From NCBI GenBank assembly GCA_036172245.1, contig JAYWIR010000086.1, positions 186,001-250,000 of the forward strand: 64,000 nucleotides of DNA, given 5' to 3'. The notes below the pieces were generated by a model that was given only the letters and a program-made list of their open reading frames with translations, was not told the origin of the DNA and ran no database searches. The DNA is from Raillietiella orientalis (lineage: Eukaryota). Below are positions 61,506 through 64,000 of this stretch, piece by piece. Every line of letters starts with the position of its first letter. Within the stretch, counting starts at the first letter, position 1. Both the position numbers and the translations under genes were made by a program.

Positions 61506-64000
61506 ATTGTCCTTTGTTTGAGACCGAAAGCAGCTGCAGTTGCCGTGGGTCGCCTGTTTCCCCCCAAAGCGGGCTGCTCTTCGGGACGCAGCGGGGACGA
61601 CCATATTTCTTGTTACAATGTTGTACATTCCACCTGCATCCATGTGGCGGCCGTATCGCTTTACGACAGATCCTCCGGGCGGCAGGGGCACAGGAGAAAT
61701 GATCGAGTGGGGTCGTCGTGTTGCCGACCCCGCGCTGTGCATGCGTTCGCCCATTTCCGGTGGGTTCGGCTTTCCGCGATTTTCGCTTTCGTTCCGCTTT
61801 CGGCGTTGCCGACGGCGTCCCTTCTGGTACTCTGTGCTCCTTGGGAATGCACGTTCGAAAGAGATCGTCGTTCCGTTCGTTCTGGAAAGGGGATTTTCGT
61901 ATCACTCAGGGAGAGGAAAAAAAAAGAAAAAGAAAGAAAAATTGGACGGGAATCAAGGAGGAAAAACGTTGGAAATTTCCCGAAGAGTTGCATCACTCCT
62001 TGGGGTTAGCAGATGGAACGAATACTCCGCCACGCGTCACGTGACGAAGAGGGCCTCAGGCCGAACGAGGGTAGCGGATGCCTGCTTGCCTGTTTGTTTC
62101 AATATCGTTCCTTTACGGAGTCCCGAACGTCATGACCCGAATTTTCTGATACGGAAGTAAGTCTTGAAAGTCTAAAAAATCTCCACATCTTCGAATGACC
62201 CGGTCAGACCGCGGTCTTTAGGGTCATAAGAAACTAGTAAGAAGAGATTGGTCTCCAGATTGGGCAGTCGCCTTAGGGGAAAAGAAAGAAGGGAAAGAAG
62301 GGGGGAAAGCGAAAGACGGAGCGTATCGGTCGGAAATGGCCGAACGAGCGGGGCAGAGACGCGCAAAAACAGCCGAAAGCGCGGAAGCGTCCGCGGAACA
62401 CGCAGGCTTCGGGTGGCACCCTGAGGCAACGCGGAGGAATGGCTTGGGCGATCCCCTTCCGCCTGTGTTGCGTTCCGATCCGCTGCCCTCCCCCGGGAGA
62501 GAGTCGACCGCCGCCCGTTTCGCCGCTGCCTCCTGCTTGTTCCTCCGCCCTCGCCCCCGCCGGACGGTGCGTTCGAACCCTCTCCAGGAGATGTCGCGCA
62601 ACGGGGTCGCGCGCGCACGGCCCAGTACGGGAGCACGGGGCCCGCTCGCGTGTCCTTGCCACCCTTTCGGGGCAGGAGCGGCGCGTGCCGTCCTGTCACT
62701 GCTTTTCCCATTTGAGGGGGCCAGAGGAACGGCTTCCCCTCCCCCGACGTTCCATCGAGCGAGCGCCAGGTGGGAGGTCAGCCCGCCCGGCCACCGAAAC
62801 TCACGCGACCGGGAGGGGAGGAACAGCGTAGTTATCGCTTGCGGTGGCGACAGAGGCAGGCGATCTTGCGCGGATTCAGAGCATCCCATGCCGGAAAAAG
62901 AATCGGCTCGGTAGCCAAGGTTGACTTCCGCGCGGGGCGCTCTTCTGGCGGTCGGGGGAGGGGGGGAGGGGAATGTCTCGATTCAGCGCTCGCCTCAAAA
63001 GCTCGCTCTCGTCCCGGTGGGTGGGGCTACGCATCTCCTCCGAGGGAGGAGGGTTCCCCGCTCGACGAGACCCGCGTGACGTGTCTGGTCGGTCCGATCG
63101 TGAGCGGTTAATTACGCCACTACTGATTGTCCGGGCACCGACAAAGGAGATGGGGTAGGAAGAGAGGGAGACACTGCTTATGGCATGAAGACAATGGGGA
63201 GGTCGCGGATGATCCGGAAACCCTTTTTCAGGAGGGTCCTAATGAGGCGAGGTCAAGCGCCTCTGCAATCACGTGGTGCATCGAACATTCCAGAATACCC
63301 GAACCGTCCTCGAGCGGATCAGGAATGCCTGGGTGACCCACGTGCACAAGGAGTCCCCAGGTGCTGCTGCAACCCGCTCCAGGTACTCGTGACGCTGGTG
63401 CCCGCGGGGCGTCAGGGGAGAGTCAGCGGGTCACCTTCCCCATGTGACACCCTTCCCTGGCTGTCGGCCGTGGGCTCCTCCGACACACAGGATGTGAGAT
63501 GATCTGGGGCGGAGGTCGGGGATACCTGCTCCGGGAATGCAGGGACCAACCAAAGGGCGCGGTGGGCGGACGGGTGGGCGGAGAGATGAGCGCTCGGATG
63601 GATCGAGTGCTCATCTCTCCTCGCGGCAAGGACGGGAAGAGCCGCCAAGGAAGGTGTAAGATCAGCTCATGGCGCAAAACATCATGGAACAGGAAGGGAG
63701 GAGGCCGTGCGATCCTCGAGGACAGCTGCACCGCTCCCAACATAGGGGTGAAGCCATCATCAGAGAAGAGCTCGCGACCAGGAAGATTATAGCGCCACCG
63801 CCGGAAAGGCGTCGCGAAGGCTGTAACGCTGTCTCAGGAAAGGCATAGCGAAGGCTGTGGCGCCGCCACGTGAGAGTCAACAATAACTGAGTGAGGACGG
63901 GAATCAAGAATGCACCGGGAACCCTCTGTTTGTCAAGGAGAAGGAGTTCTCTCCCTTCAGGGGTCATTCATCCATTCTTCTAAGGTATTTTCGGGGAGCA

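Noticed and set aside
63127..64000. Possible gene start near the right edge
   Set aside because: Short ORFs without recognisable motifs or a consistent splice chain.

Overview
Eukaryotic, intron-containing DNA from an invertebrate, probably an arthropod (inferred from the iav-type TRPV, 42-60 nt introns and mosaic CpG depletion). I assembled eight spliced protein-coding genes by hand from GT-AG boundaries and remembered family motifs: TBC1D25 (-, runs off the left edge), DDX51 (-), the TRPV channel inactive/iav (-), NDUFA2 (+), GEMIN2 (-), an MFSD6-like transporter (-), CEP295/Ana1 (+) and a typical 2-Cys peroxiredoxin (-). Most entries in the ORF track are spurious GC-rich or antisense frames. 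The most notable non-genic observations are: (1) a near-perfect inverted repeat with 188-bp arms (49753-50147) whose four mismatches are all G:U-compatible on the + strand, a candidate hairpin-RNA locus; (2) three diverged copies of a long tRNA-headed SINE-like element with internal tandem hairpin units; (3) a decayed, intron-retaining inverted duplicate of the peroxiredoxin gene lying head-to-head with it; (4) sharp CpG-depleted versus CpG-rich domains that track housekeeping versus presumably tissue-specific genes; (5) weaker relics, a possible PPIL2 pseudogene and a gypsy-type gag. No CRISPR array, rRNA or intact transposase/RT was seen. All homology calls come from memory of the protein families, not from database searches.
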